From positions 2,144,001 to 2,208,000 of the forward strand of contig CAVXXK010000001.1 in assembly GCA_963765675.1 (NCBI GenBank): a stretch of 64,000 nt of DNA, given 5' to 3'. The translations under genes and the position numbers were made by a program. Under the pieces are notes generated by a model. It was given only the letters and a program-made list of their open reading frames with translations, was not told where the DNA came from and made no database searches. This document shows, piece by piece, positions 1 through 9,450 of the stretch; positions within the stretch are counted from its first letter, which is position 1, and every line of letters starts with the position of its first letter. Origin of the DNA: an uncultured delta proteobacterium (GTDB lineage: Bacteria > Desulfobacterota > Binatia > Binatales > Binataceae).

Positions 1-123
1 ATGGCCGACAGATTCGTCCGCGGCGGGTTCCATCGCACCAGCGTACGATCGTGCGCCCGCGTACGCCAGTGCGAGCGCGGTTGCGGCGCCGAAGATCCAC
101 AGCGCCGCCGATCGGCGCTTCAT
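1..123 (-). CDS. 5' part of a secreted hypothetical protein (runs off window start)
   Basis: ATG at 123 on the minus strand reads MKRRSAALWIFGAATALALAYAGARSYAGAMEP, a signal-peptide-like start; lies 20 bp after the stop of the upstream minus-strand gene. Confidence 0.6.
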   Translation of the reverse strand, partial: MKRRSAALWIFGAATALALAYAGARSYAGAMEPAADESVGH

Positions 124-143
124 TCGGGAACCGCCAGTGATTT

Positions 144-752
144 TCAATTGAGCGGCTTGAAGCAGGGGAGCTTTTTGACCAGCACGTATCCGTAGGTGCG
201 CCCGTGCCATTGGAATTTGCCGATAGGCGGCCCGAACACTTCAGTCACGGTCGTTTCCTGATCGCTGTCGGCGATGGTTTCCGTATCTTCGGGCGCGTAG
301 GCGAGGTACTTCGGATCGCCGCCGCGTTTGAGCTGGCTCTTGAGCTCCGGCGAAAATTGCAGCTTGGCGATTCCGGGCTTGGGCTGCCATCCGTCGGCCG
401 GCGCCATCTTCTGTTGCACGATCGCCCACTTCATTCCGTCGTCGGAATTGATCAGCCGCCACTGTCGCGCCTCGATATCGCCGTCCGCGTTCTTGCGAAC
501 TTCCTCGACTCCGGGCGGAGTTTGCACCAGCGTGTCGCATCGCTCGCCCTGCTCATCTTCCGGTCCGGCGGTATTGCGGTCAGGCCCCTTGGCAACTTGA
601 ATTCCGGCGTATTCGCCGAGGCTCAACGCCGCAGGCGCAACAGTGGTGAGCCCGAGAGCACATCCTGCAAGCGCGCTCAGCCCTGCGCACAAAAACGCCA
701 GCGGCAGAGCCCGCGCGCAGGCCGGCAATTTCGACCATCGCGAACCCATCAC
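144..752 (-). CDS. hypothetical lipoprotein
   Basis: Hydrophobic N-terminus with lipobox-like LAGC; start overlaps the methyltransferase stop (749-752). Confidence 0.7.
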   Translation of the reverse strand: MMGSRWSKLPACARALPLAFLCAGLSALAGCALGLTTVAPAALSLGEYAGIQVAKGPDRNTAGPEDEQGERCDTLVQTPPGVEEVRKNADGDIEARQWRLINSDDGMKWAIVQQKMAPADGWQPKPGIAKLQFSPELKSQLKRGGDPKYLAYAPEDTETIADSDQETTVTEVFGPPIGKFQWHGRTYGYVLVKKLPCFKPLN

Positions 753-1747
753 GGCTTGTCAGCGATCACGAGCGAGGAAGTGAAGGGCGGGCTCGGCAGA
801 TCCTGGCGGCGCGCGCCGCTGAACCCGGCGTCGCCGAGCCATCCGGCGATCTCCTCGAACGAATAGTCGCGGCCTCGCGTCGCGAGCAACAGGTAGAGCG
901 AGAATATCGCGCCGGTGCGCGGACTGATCAGTTCGCGGTTCATCACGTGATCCTTGATCACAATGGTGCCACCTCGGGCGAGCGATCGAAAGCACTTGCG
1001 CATCAGTTCCGAGCTGGCCTGTGCGGTCTCGCTGTGAACGATGTTGGAAACGAAAATCGCATCGACCGGGCCGGGCAGTTCATCTGTGAGATAGTCTACC
1101 GTGCGCAGCGTGATTCGCTTGGCGGTCTCCGCTTCGCGCTCGGCGAGGATCTTCCGCGCAACTTCAAGTGTTGCTTTAAGATCCCAGATCTCGCCCGACG
1201 CCGCCGGATATTTGCGCAAGAGCGCGGCCAGATAGGTTCCCGGGCCCCCGCCCAGGTCCGCGATCGTGCGCGCGCCGTGCAGATCCAGATGCTCCGCCAC
1301 CCACTGCGCGTCGCCGCGCGCGCGAACGAGGCTGTCCATCGCGCGGATGAAGCGTTCGGTCTCAGCAGGATCGCCCTGGAACATGTCGGGCGTGCGGGCG
1401 GGGCGGCCGCTTCGTACCGCGTCTTCGAGCGAGGACCACAGCGGGAAGATCGCCTCGTCGAACAGGATTAGCCCGCCGAGATATTCCGGCGACGCTTTGA
1501 CAAGGAAGCGGCGCGCGGTCGCCTCAAGCTGGTAGCGGCCTTCTTTGAGCTCGAGCAGGCCGAGCGCCGCGATCGCGTTGGCCAGGATTTCTCCCGCACG
1601 CGGATCGGCACCGAGGATGCGCGCGAGATCGGCGGCGGAGGCGGGGTGATGCGTCAGCGCCTCGAAGATTCCGAGTTTTAGCGCGACCTGGATCGCGCGC
1701 GCCTCGGCGTGCGCACCCGCCATCGCTGCAAGCTCGGCAAATTCCAT
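749..1747 (-). CDS. SAM-dependent O-methyltransferase with N-terminal dimerisation domain
   Basis: ALKLGIFEAL dimerisation segment, DLGGGPG SAM motif, SNIVH and GRDYS motifs. Confidence 0.9.
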   Translation of the reverse strand: MEFAELAAMAGAHAEARAIQVALKLGIFEALTHHPASAADLARILGADPRAGEILANAIAALGLLELKEGRYQLEATARRFLVKASPEYLGGLILFDEAIFPLWSSLEDAVRSGRPARTPDMFQGDPAETERFIRAMDSLVRARGDAQWVAEHLDLHGARTIADLGGGPGTYLAALLRKYPAASGEIWDLKATLEVARKILAEREAETAKRITLRTVDYLTDELPGPVDAIFVSNIVHSETAQASSELMRKCFRSLARGGTIVIKDHVMNRELISPRTGAIFSLYLLLATRGRDYSFEEIAGWLGDAGFSGARRQDLPSPPFTSSLVIADKP

Positions 1748-1765
1748 CTCGGTTGGATCTTTCGT

Positions 1766-2389
1766 TCAGCGCACGAAATCCTGGGTGACGTAAATCGTCC
1801 CGTCGGCGGAATGCGCCACCCCGACTCCGGTTTCAGAGAACCGGTCCGAGAGCATCGCGGCGCGATGTTCCGGGCTGCTCATCCACGCGGCGACCGCGTG
1901 CGCGGCCAAGTCGTTCAGCTCGCGGTAGTCGTCGGAATAAATATTTTCGCCAGCCGTCTGGTAGGCAATGCCCTCGCCGGCGATCCGCTGCGCGGGGCCG
2001 ATTCCCTCTGGACTCTGATGCGACAGGTAGTGGCGCAGCGCCATGTCGTAGCTGTGGCCGCGTGCGACCACCGCCAGGCGCGCGGAGAATTTCAGTGCCG
2101 GAACTCCGGCATGCGCGCGTTCCAGATTCACTCGCGAGAGAATTTGCGCTTCCTGCTCGCTGGTTTGCGCCACCTGCTCGGGCGATCGCTGCACAGTCCG
2201 GAAAATATAAACTCGCACAATCGCCGCGCTGACCAGCGAAACCATCAGAACGCCCACGCCCGCCCGGATCGCGCGGCGGCGCCGAACAATCAGCGGCGTC
2301 GGCATCCGGATCACCTTGGCGGGACCGCGATTTGCGCGATGCGTCGTCGATCGTCTGCTGGCGGAGCGTCCGTTCATGGTGCCGCTCAT
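1766..2389 (-). CDS. membrane-anchored CAP (SCP/Tpx-1/PR-1) domain protein
   Basis: VNLERA, ARGHSYDM, GENI, WMSSPEHR and TQDF CAP motifs; one TM segment; start uncertain. Confidence 0.88.
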   Translation of the reverse strand: MSGTMNGRSASRRSTTHRANRGPAKVIRMPTPLIVRRRRAIRAGVGVLMVSLVSAAIVRVYIFRTVQRSPEQVAQTSEQEAQILSRVNLERAHAGVPALKFSARLAVVARGHSYDMALRHYLSHQSPEGIGPAQRIAGEGIAYQTAGENIYSDDYRELNDLAAHAVAAWMSSPEHRAAMLSDRFSETGVGVAHSADGTIYVTQDFVR

Positions 2390-2462
2390 GTGAATCCGGC
2401 TATGCTCTGGTCGATCTCTTCGCGGCCGGTCGGGCCGATAGAGCCCTTGCTATCGCGCGTCG

Positions 2463-4736
2463 ATGAAGTTGTCAACGAAAATCCTGCTTGCATCAGTGCT
2501 GCCGGTGCTGATCGCCTTGTTTCCCGGATCGCGTGTGCTCGCCGCGCAGCCCACCGCCGCGCCCGATGCGTTGCCGGCAGGCGCGCTGACGCACAGCGCG
2601 AGCCTTTATCTGCGCGACGCGGCGTCGGACAAAATTCGATGGCAACCGTGGAGCGACGCGTCGTTCGCGCTCGCGCGCAAGCTCGATCGTCCGGTCATGA
2701 TCGATATCGGCGCCGTGTGGTGCCATTGGTGCCACGTGATGGACAATACGACCTACGCCAATCCGGAGGTCGCGCGAATCCTGAACGCGCAGTTCGTTCC
2801 GATCAAGGTGGATAGCGACGAGCGCCCCGACGTCGATTCCTATTATCAGGCTGCCGCGGCGAACCTGACCGGCGCGGGTGGATGGCCGCTGGTCTGCTTC
2901 GTTACGCCCGACGGAGCGCTGATGTACGCGACGGGATACCTGCCCGCCGCGGCCAAGGCCGGAGACCGCGGAGCGTCGGCCGCGATGATTCCGCTCCTGC
3001 GGCGTATCGCGACGGCATGGGCGAGCGATCAGCACGAGCTCAGCGGGCAGGCGAATGCGCTCGCGATGAAGCTCGCCGCCGAAGCACATCCGCCGCCTTC
3101 GGGTTCAAGCGCAGATTCGCGCGCGCTGCAAGCGCAGATTCTCGCGGCCCTGAAAGCGGCGTACGATCCGCAAGCCGGAGGTTTCGGCAGCGGCGCGGGG
3201 CCGCGCTTTTACGACTTCCCGGCGATTCGCCTGGCGCTCGCCTACGGATTTTTCGGACATCCGGAGTACCAGCGGATCGCGGTCGATTCGCTGGTCAAGA
3301 TTTCGCGCGGGGGCGTGTTCGATCAACTGGGCGGCGGATTTCATCGCTACTCGACCGACCCGCGATGGCGCGTGCCGCACTTCGAGAAGATGTCGTACGA
3401 CCAGGCGATGGCGCTCACGGCTTACTGCGACGCGTATCAGCTCACGCGCGATCCGCGGCTGCTCGCGGTGATCGAACGGACGCTCGCGTATGTCGGCGGC
3501 ACGCTGCTCGATCCGCGCGGGCACGGTTTCTATGCGCATCAGGACGCGGATTCTTTCAAGGGCGATGACGGCAGCTACTACACCTGGACGATCGACGAAG
3601 TGAAGCGCGCGCTCCCCGCCGAACAGGCGCGCGCGGCGATTCTTTTCTATGGAATGGATGCGCCGTCGCCTCCGCGCGCTCCCGACGGGCGTATCGTTTT
3701 GGCGCAAGCGCTCACGGCCGGACAGCTTGGGGATGCATTGAAAATTTCTGCGGTCGATGCGCGGACGATCATCTCGAACGCGAATCGCGGCCTGCTCGCG
3801 GTGCGCAGCCGTCGCCGCACCCCGCCGGTCGATGAGGCGGTGATGACGGATCGCAACGCGCTGATGGCGTCGGCATTCATAGCGGTATCGGCCGCGACCG
3901 GCGATGCGCGCTATGAGAAGACCGCGCTCGCGACGCTCGACTTCATCCTCGAGCATCTGCGCGCGCCCGGCGGCGGCTTCTATCACGAATGGTCGATGGG
4001 CCGCGCGGCGGTTCCGGGAATCGCCGCCGACCAGATCTATCTCGCGTCGGCGCTGCTCGACGCCTTCGAGGCGACGGGCGATCAGAAATACCTGGCCCAA
4101 GCGCGCGCGCTCGGAGATCTGATCTTCACGAAATTTCGCGACCCCGCCTCCGGACTCGTCAGGAATCAGAGCACGGAGCCCAAAGACAACGTGCTCGCGA
4201 TGTCCGCGTCGAGCGCGCAGGTCATGTACGACTCGCCGATGCCGTCGGTGCAGGGACAGGCCGCGATCGTGATGCGCACGCTCGGCGAGATAACCTCTGA
4301 TGCGCGCTACCAGAAGCAGGCCGACGAATTGCTCGCTCCGGCTGCTGCTCTCGCCGGCGGTGGCGCGGATTCCTCGCTTGGCACAGTCGGTCTCGCGCTC
4401 GAAGCGGAGGCTGATGGCGGCGCGACAATCGCGATCGTCGGCGCGTCCGACGATGCGAAAACCGCGGCGCTACTCGCGGCCGCGTTCGCCGCGTATCGCC
4501 CCGCGAAGGTCGTGGTCCGCGTCGATCCGGCGCGCGCGAAATCAGGCGCGATGCCGATGGCGGCGCAGGCGATGTACGCCGCGGCCGCCAGCCACGACGC
4601 TCCACTCGCTTTCGTCTGCGCCGGCACCGCTTGCGCAAGGCCGGTCTCGGACCCGAATGCGCTCGCGCATCTGATCGCGACCTTCATGACCAGCGGCGCG
4701 TCGCGCGGCCTCGGCCTTCAGCGTCCGCCCAAATAG
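2463..4736 (+). CDS. thioredoxin-domain DUF255/YyaL (SPATA20-like) protein with signal peptide
   Basis: WCHWCHVM, DERPDVD, GGWPL, GGFHRYSTD..W.VPHFEKM.YDQA and C-terminal CAGTC-type motif. Confidence 0.92.
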   Translation: MKLSTKILLASVLPVLIALFPGSRVLAAQPTAAPDALPAGALTHSASLYLRDAASDKIRWQPWSDASFALARKLDRPVMIDIGAVWCHWCHVMDNTTYANPEVARILNAQFVPIKVDSDERPDVDSYYQAAAANLTGAGGWPLVCFVTPDGALMYATGYLPAAAKAGDRGASAAMIPLLRRIATAWASDQHELSGQANALAMKLAAEAHPPPSGSSADSRALQAQILAALKAAYDPQAGGFGSGAGPRFYDFPAIRLALAYGFFGHPEYQRIAVDSLVKISRGGVFDQLGGGFHRYSTDPRWRVPHFEKMSYDQAMALTAYCDAYQLTRDPRLLAVIERTLAYVGGTLLDPRGHGFYAHQDADSFKGDDGSYYTWTIDEVKRALPAEQARAAILFYGMDAPSPPRAPDGRIVLAQALTAGQLGDALKISAVDARTIISNANRGLLAVRSRRRTPPVDEAVMTDRNALMASAFIAVSAATGDARYEKTALATLDFILEHLRAPGGGFYHEWSMGRAAVPGIAADQIYLASALLDAFEATGDQKYLAQARALGDLIFTKFRDPASGLVRNQSTEPKDNVLAMSASSAQVMYDSPMPSVQGQAAIVMRTLGEITSDARYQKQADELLAPAAALAGGGADSSLGTVGLALEAEADGGATIAIVGASDDAKTAALLAAAFAAYRPAKVVVRVDPARAKSGAMPMAAQAMYAAAASHDAPLAFVCAGTACARPVSDPNALAHLIATFMTSGASRGLGLQRPPK

Positions 4737-6010
4737 CAAAAGCTCCCGTCCGGCGCGACCGAGAGCGTCGGGGTCGCGACAAAGTGGCGAGCAGGCGCGT
4801 CGATCTCGAACGCGGCGTCGTGGAGCGGAGCAAAATCCACTTCGTGAATCGAGCCGCTCGGGTCCGCGAAAAAGACTCCCTGGTCGCCGGCCGAATCCTG
4901 CGCCGGAAAGATCGTCGCCGCGCCCACCGCGGCAACCGGATCGCCGAAGCTCGCAAGCTCGCCGGGCGCCGACGCGGTCTCGCGCGCGGTCGCGACGACT
5001 CGAATCCGTCCGTGCTGGTCAAGCCGCAAAATCATCTCGCGTGATCGGCTCGCGCCGCGCAGCGCGATCGATCCGTCCGGCGCCATCCCGGGCCGTCCCT
5101 GTCCGATGTAGATGATCGCGCCGCCGGGGCTCGCGGAGCCGCGCTCGAGCGCGAGGCGGGTCCGGCGATGTTCGAAAACGTAGACCGAGTTTTCGCCGGG
5201 GCCGTCGTCAGCGAAAACGACTTCTCCGTGCGCGCCCGCCAGGGCGGGCAGACCGAGCACGGCGTACCGTTTGCCGCCAGGAGCGGATTCGCCTTCGACC
5301 GCGATCTCGGAAATTGTGCGCGCGGGTGCGATTTCGACGATCGCCAGCGGATCGTCATGCCACCATAGCGCGCCAGGCGATACTCCGCCGCCGTGCAGGT
5401 AGGCGTTGGCTACGATCGTCGCCCCGTCGGCCGCGAGTTGCAGGCTGCCGAATGAAAATCTTGCGATCCGATGGCCTCGATCCGTCTTGTCGCCGGTGCG
5501 CGCGACGCATCGCAGCTCGCCCTCGCGATAGACGAAGACCGCGTCAACTCCCGGCTTGACCGGCGTGGCAAACGCGATCGCGCCGTCGGCGTTCGCGACC
5601 GGCGACGGATCCTCGACGAAGCGCGGAACGCATCCGGGCGATACCGCCGCATGTTCCAGCGCCCGCGTAACTTGAACGCCGCCATGCGCGCCAGGATTCG
5701 CGACGAAGATGTCCCACGACTCATGCTGCCGGGCATCGATAATGTCCGCGCCGAACAACACCCGTCCGCCGATCAGCTGATAAGGAACCCCGAACTCGCT
5801 GATCGTCCCGCCGGGAGCGGGATCGCCCACGCGGAGAATCGGAACCGCGCTGCCTCCCGGGCGGCTCGCGTACAAAACCGCGACCTGGTCCATCGCAAGC
5901 TCGGCGCCGCCCGCGCCCAGGGTTAACGATACGGCCTGCGCGAGGCCGGTGAGAGAAATGATCGAGAGGATGATCGCGACGACGAGGATTGCCGAAGCCT
6001 TGGCTCTCAT
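4718..6010 (-). CDS. secreted repeat protein (beta-propeller-like, VARTGD/NxxGxxAF-type repeats)
   Basis: Signal peptide; GGAG upstream; repeated units such as ILRVGDPAPGG, VARTGD, IAVEGESAPGG and NADGAIAF. Confidence 0.65.
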   Translation of the reverse strand: MRAKASAILVVAIILSIISLTGLAQAVSLTLGAGGAELAMDQVAVLYASRPGGSAVPILRVGDPAPGGTISEFGVPYQLIGGRVLFGADIIDARQHESWDIFVANPGAHGGVQVTRALEHAAVSPGCVPRFVEDPSPVANADGAIAFATPVKPGVDAVFVYREGELRCVARTGDKTDRGHRIARFSFGSLQLAADGATIVANAYLHGGGVSPGALWWHDDPLAIVEIAPARTISEIAVEGESAPGGKRYAVLGLPALAGAHGEVVFADDGPGENSVYVFEHRRTRLALERGSASPGGAIIYIGQGRPGMAPDGSIALRGASRSREMILRLDQHGRIRVVATARETASAPGELASFGDPVAAVGAATIFPAQDSAGDQGVFFADPSGSIHEVDFAPLHDAAFEIDAPARHFVATPTLSVAPDGSFCYLGGR

Positions 6011-6100
6011 AACTGCTCCTTCGAGAAGCCGGGCGTTGAAATCATGCGCGGCGGAAGATCGGGGATCGCGCGCAAAGCTGAACGCGCGATCCCCGCGAAA

Positions 6101-7429
6101 TCACGGCGCGGCTTTCACCATCGACTGGGTGGTGAAGAAGTCGCGGTCCACCGCGCCCATGTTGATGTACCAGCATTCGCGCTCGGGCGTGCTCAGGCCC
6201 GGCAGGTAGCACATGGTCGCGAAACCGCTTTGCACGTCGGTCGAGACGGCGCCGACCTCGAACTCGCGCTTGAACGGATAGATCGCGACGCGCGCGTCAG
6301 GAACCGGACGATCGCGATAGGTCATCCACCAGATGTGGTTGTACCAGAGCTGTCCTTTCTGATCGTATTCGTCGATGTACGGTTCGAACCACGCTTCCGA
6401 GTCCATGTAGACGAGCGTCTTCGATTGCAGCGCGCCGGCGATCCGGTCCCGCCGCGGAGTCGCTTCGACCACGTAGATGTGGCGCATCTCCCACGCTTCG
6501 GGACACGCGCTCGCGCCTGCGTCGGTCGAGCATCGGATCTCTGGGGCATGCTCGGCATGCACGACGCCGAGCATCTCGCGGTCGCCCAGGAAGCGGTAGT
6601 TGTATTCCTCGGTCTTGGCGTTGAAGCCCGAGTAGTGATCGGGATTCCATGCGGTCGGACCGCTGGCGGTGCTCATGATCGATTCGTTGTCGCGGCGCAC
6701 GCGGCGTGAGCCTGGAGTCCACGACCAATCGTCGTCGCCGCGATTAGGATCGGCGTAGCGATAGCGGATGAACCCGTCGCCGCGATCAGTCGCCGGCGCC
6801 ATCACCGGGTAGAGTCCGAACAGCCACAGCCGCCCGGTCGCCTTGAAGTCGGGATCGGTTGGCATCGGCTCGACCTCGACGCGGCCAACCAAATCGTAAC
6901 CGGCGTAATGGCCAATCTGGTAATACTGGATCGGCGAAAAAGATTTGTTGTGTCCGCCGTAAACGCTGTCGCAATCGTAGAAACGCAGATCGTAGTCGTC
7001 GGTCAGAAGCGGGCGGAACACGTTGTTCCACATAATCTTTGTCGCCACGTACGGATCATTCGGATCGATCAGCGGAAACGGCTGCCCCGCCACGTATCCG
7101 ACCAGCGAGCGATTGTCGTGGCTCAGCCTGACCTGCGATGAGTACTTTTCGGTCGCGTCTTTGTAGGGCGGCGGCCAATCGATCCGGTCGCCCGGAATGA
7201 TCTTCATCGACATCCCGTTTTGCACTTTGTAATAGACCCCGGGCGAGACCAGGTCTTTTACTTTCGCGGCATTGTCGGTCGTGATCACGTCACCTGGCTT
7301 CACTTGCGCAACCGCGTTCGTAGACGCGGCGAGCATGGTGAGCACCGCGATCGCGGCGATCGTTGCAAATCCAGCGGTGGCGCGCAGAAGCTGCGCGAGC
7401 ATTCGTCTCCCTGCATATGCAAGGCGCAT
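6101..7429 (-). CDS. DUF1329 domain-containing exported protein
   Basis: PGDVIT.DN, GYVAGQPFPLIDPNDP...KIMWN, PGSRRVRR, WEMR..YVVEA and YDQKGQLW motifs; start set at the ATG behind GGAGG. Confidence 0.88.
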   Translation of the reverse strand: MRLAYAGRRMLAQLLRATAGFATIAAIAVLTMLAASTNAVAQVKPGDVITTDNAAKVKDLVSPGVYYKVQNGMSMKIIPGDRIDWPPPYKDATEKYSSQVRLSHDNRSLVGYVAGQPFPLIDPNDPYVATKIMWNNVFRPLLTDDYDLRFYDCDSVYGGHNKSFSPIQYYQIGHYAGYDLVGRVEVEPMPTDPDFKATGRLWLFGLYPVMAPATDRGDGFIRYRYADPNRGDDDWSWTPGSRRVRRDNESIMSTASGPTAWNPDHYSGFNAKTEEYNYRFLGDREMLGVVHAEHAPEIRCSTDAGASACPEAWEMRHIYVVEATPRRDRIAGALQSKTLVYMDSEAWFEPYIDEYDQKGQLWYNHIWWMTYRDRPVPDARVAIYPFKREFEVGAVSTDVQSGFATMCYLPGLSTPERECWYINMGAVDRDFFTTQSMVKAAP

Positions 7430-7464
7430 AAAAACCTCCTCCTTGGCGGAAGTCGTTGCGAGTA

Positions 7465-7481
7465 AGCAAACTCGCGGCCAA
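7465..7481 (-). promoter_or_regulatory. putative sigma54 (-24/-12) promoter of the DUF1329 gene
   Basis: Minus strand TTGGCCGCGAGTTTGCT with exact GG-N10-GC spacing, about 35 bp upstream of the start codon. Confidence 0.6.
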
Positions 7482-7699
7482 TGCGAGGCGCTCGAAGAAA
7501 TCGAGGATACGCGCGGATCGTGACGCTCCGAGCAAATTATTTTCTGCGCAGGATGCGAGCGACACCGCGTGTGGATTGCGCCGCGTCCGCGCGCAGCTGA
7601 TTTGCGGCCGATCGAAAATCGCCGCGCCAGTGCGGCTTTGCGCATGATCGCGAGGGCGATCGCTAATGCCACGGCTCAGGAAATTACGCGCGGACTTAT

Positions 7700-7716
7700 A
7701 GTTGCAAAATGCAACT
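7700..7716. promoter_or_regulatory. palindromic operator, copy 1 (AGTTGCA-AAA-TGCAACT)
   Basis: Perfect 7-3-7 inverted repeat; near-identical copy at 8840-8856. Confidence 0.65.
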
Positions 7717-7750
7717 GATGTTTCGCAAAAAGTTCTTCGCGAGGTGCAAT

Positions 7751-7780
7751 AAAAAACGGGCGGCCATCTCCGGCCGCCCG
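7751..7780 (-). terminator. intrinsic terminator of the quinone oxidoreductase gene
   Basis: CGGGCGGCC-6 nt loop-GGCCGCCCG followed by T6 on the minus strand, about 30 bp after the stop. Confidence 0.8.
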
Positions 7781-7808
7781 CCTTGCAAAGTTCAGGTCGA
7801 AAATTCGG

Positions 7809-8774
7809 TCACGGGATCAACACCAGCTTGCCGACCGACCCGCGCGATTCCATGAAGCGATGCGCATCCGCCGCCTGCGCGAGCGCAAAGCTGCGCCCGA
7901 CCAGCAGCCGGAGTTTCTTCTGCTCGATCAGCTTGAACGACTCGTCGATTCCGCGCCGCATCACCGCGGGTTCGGCTTGCGCGGTGTACAAGATAAATCC
8001 GCTCACCTTCTGCGATTTCGGGAACAGCCGGAACAGGTTGAGCGGCTGCGGAACTCCGCCCGAGCGCCCGTACAGAATCAGATGCCCGAACGGCGCCAGG
8101 CAGGCGAGGCCTTGATCCAGCGTCGAGCCCACAGCGTCGAGCACCAGGTCGATACCGCGGCCGCCGGTCAACCGCAGCGCCTCGGCGGCGAAATCTCCGC
8201 TCGAGTAATTGATCACCTCGTCAGCGCCGTACTCTTTTGCGAGCGCCGCCTTGGATTCGCTCGACACCGTGCCGATCACGCGTGCTCCCGCGGCCTTCGC
8301 GATTTGCACCGCCACAATTCCGACTCCGCCCGCTGCGGAATGCACCAGCACCGTCTGCCCGGGCGCGGTGTGATGCGCGGTATGCAGCATGTGCCACGCG
8401 GTGAGCACCTGGATCGGGAAGGCGGCACCTTGCTCGAAGCTGAGGCCGGCGGGCAGCGGGATCACCTGGGTGGCGGGCGCGAGCGCGTACTCGGCGTAGG
8501 ATTTTGAGCCAATAAACGCGACGCGCGTACCGGGCTTGAACCCCTGCACGTCCGGACCAACCGCCTCGATCTCGCCCGCGCCTTCGAGGCCCGGAGTATC
8601 AGGCAGCTTCGGCTCCATCACGTACTGTCCCTGGCGAAACAGCGTGTCGGCGAAATTGATTCCGGCGGCGCGCACCCTTATTAGCACGGTGCCGGGCTTG
8701 GTTTCGGGCTTGGGCAGCTCGCCGAGATGCATGACCTCGGGGCCGCCGAGTTTGTCGAAGATGATTGCCTTCAT
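7809..8774 (-). CDS. qor: NADPH:quinone oxidoreductase / MDR family dehydrogenase
   Basis: GINFAD..FRQGQY, PGLEGAG, HSAAGGVG and GSVGKLVL motifs. Confidence 0.9.
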   Translation of the reverse strand: MKAIIFDKLGGPEVMHLGELPKPETKPGTVLIRVRAAGINFADTLFRQGQYVMEPKLPDTPGLEGAGEIEAVGPDVQGFKPGTRVAFIGSKSYAEYALAPATQVIPLPAGLSFEQGAAFPIQVLTAWHMLHTAHHTAPGQTVLVHSAAGGVGIVAVQIAKAAGARVIGTVSSESKAALAKEYGADEVINYSSGDFAAEALRLTGGRGIDLVLDAVGSTLDQGLACLAPFGHLILYGRSGGVPQPLNLFRLFPKSQKVSGFILYTAQAEPAVMRRGIDESFKLIEQKKLRLLVGRSFALAQAADAHRFMESRGSVGKLVLIP

Positions 8775-8839
8775 GATGGTCTCCTGTGCGGCGCGCAAAC
8801 GGTACCCGCGCCGCCGCATATCGCCCATCTAGCGAACAG

Positions 8840-8856
8840 AGTTTCAAAGTGCAACT
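8840..8856. promoter_or_regulatory. palindromic operator, copy 2 (AGTTTCA-AAG-TGCAACT) in the qor/hxlR divergent gap
   Basis: Near-perfect inverted repeat followed by ATACA (giving a TATACA -10-like hexamer), between divergent qor and the regulator. Confidence 0.65.
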
Positions 8857-8932
8857 ATACAGGCGTCGGTCTCGCGGCATTGGGGATGCCGCCGGGCGGA
8901 TACGGTACCGCTCGGGGGAGCGAATACATTCG

Positions 8933-9436
8933 ATGCGATGGCGTTCGGTCGGTGAAGTCAACTGCTCGGTGGCGCGCACGCTTTCCGTGATCGGCGAGCG
9001 CTGGACGATGCTTATCCTGCGCGAAGCGTTCATGGGGCGCCATCGCTTCGACGATTTCCAGCGCAACATCGGAATCGCGCGCAATATCCTCGCGACCCGC
9101 CTGCGCGCGCTGGTCAAAGATGGAATCCTTGAGCGCTCCCGCGCCGACGGTGAGCATGCGCGCGTCGAGTATCGCCTGACCAGAAAAGGGATGGAGCTGT
9201 ATCCGGTGATGGTCGCGATGCTGAAGTGGGGCGACGCGTGGCTGTGGCCCGCCGGCGATAACCGTCCGCCGCTCCAACTGGTGCATCGCGGCTGCGGCGC
9301 GAAGGCGATGCCGTCGCTGGTATGCCCGCATTGCGGAGACCCTGTAGGCGCGCGCGACATGATTGCGGTCACGCGTCGCGCGGCGCATCCTGCCCGCCGC
9401 ACCGACCGGATCGAGCGCCGTCGCGCCTCGCGCTAA
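8933..9436 (+). CDS. HxlR (MarR-like winged helix) transcriptional regulator
   Basis: CSVARTLSVIGERWTMLILRE, RFDDFQ..IGI.RNIL..RL, EYRLT.KG and C-terminal H..CG...C..CG. Confidence 0.92.
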   Translation: MRWRSVGEVNCSVARTLSVIGERWTMLILREAFMGRHRFDDFQRNIGIARNILATRLRALVKDGILERSRADGEHARVEYRLTRKGMELYPVMVAMLKWGDAWLWPAGDNRPPLQLVHRGCGAKAMPSLVCPHCGDPVGARDMIAVTRRAAHPARRTDRIERRRASR

Positions 9437-9450
9437 ACTAAAGCGCCTCG

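Noticed and set aside
7430-7672. N-terminal extension of the DUF1329 ORF to 7672
   Set aside because: A strong SD and signal peptide begin at 7429; the extension overlaps promoter-like motifs.
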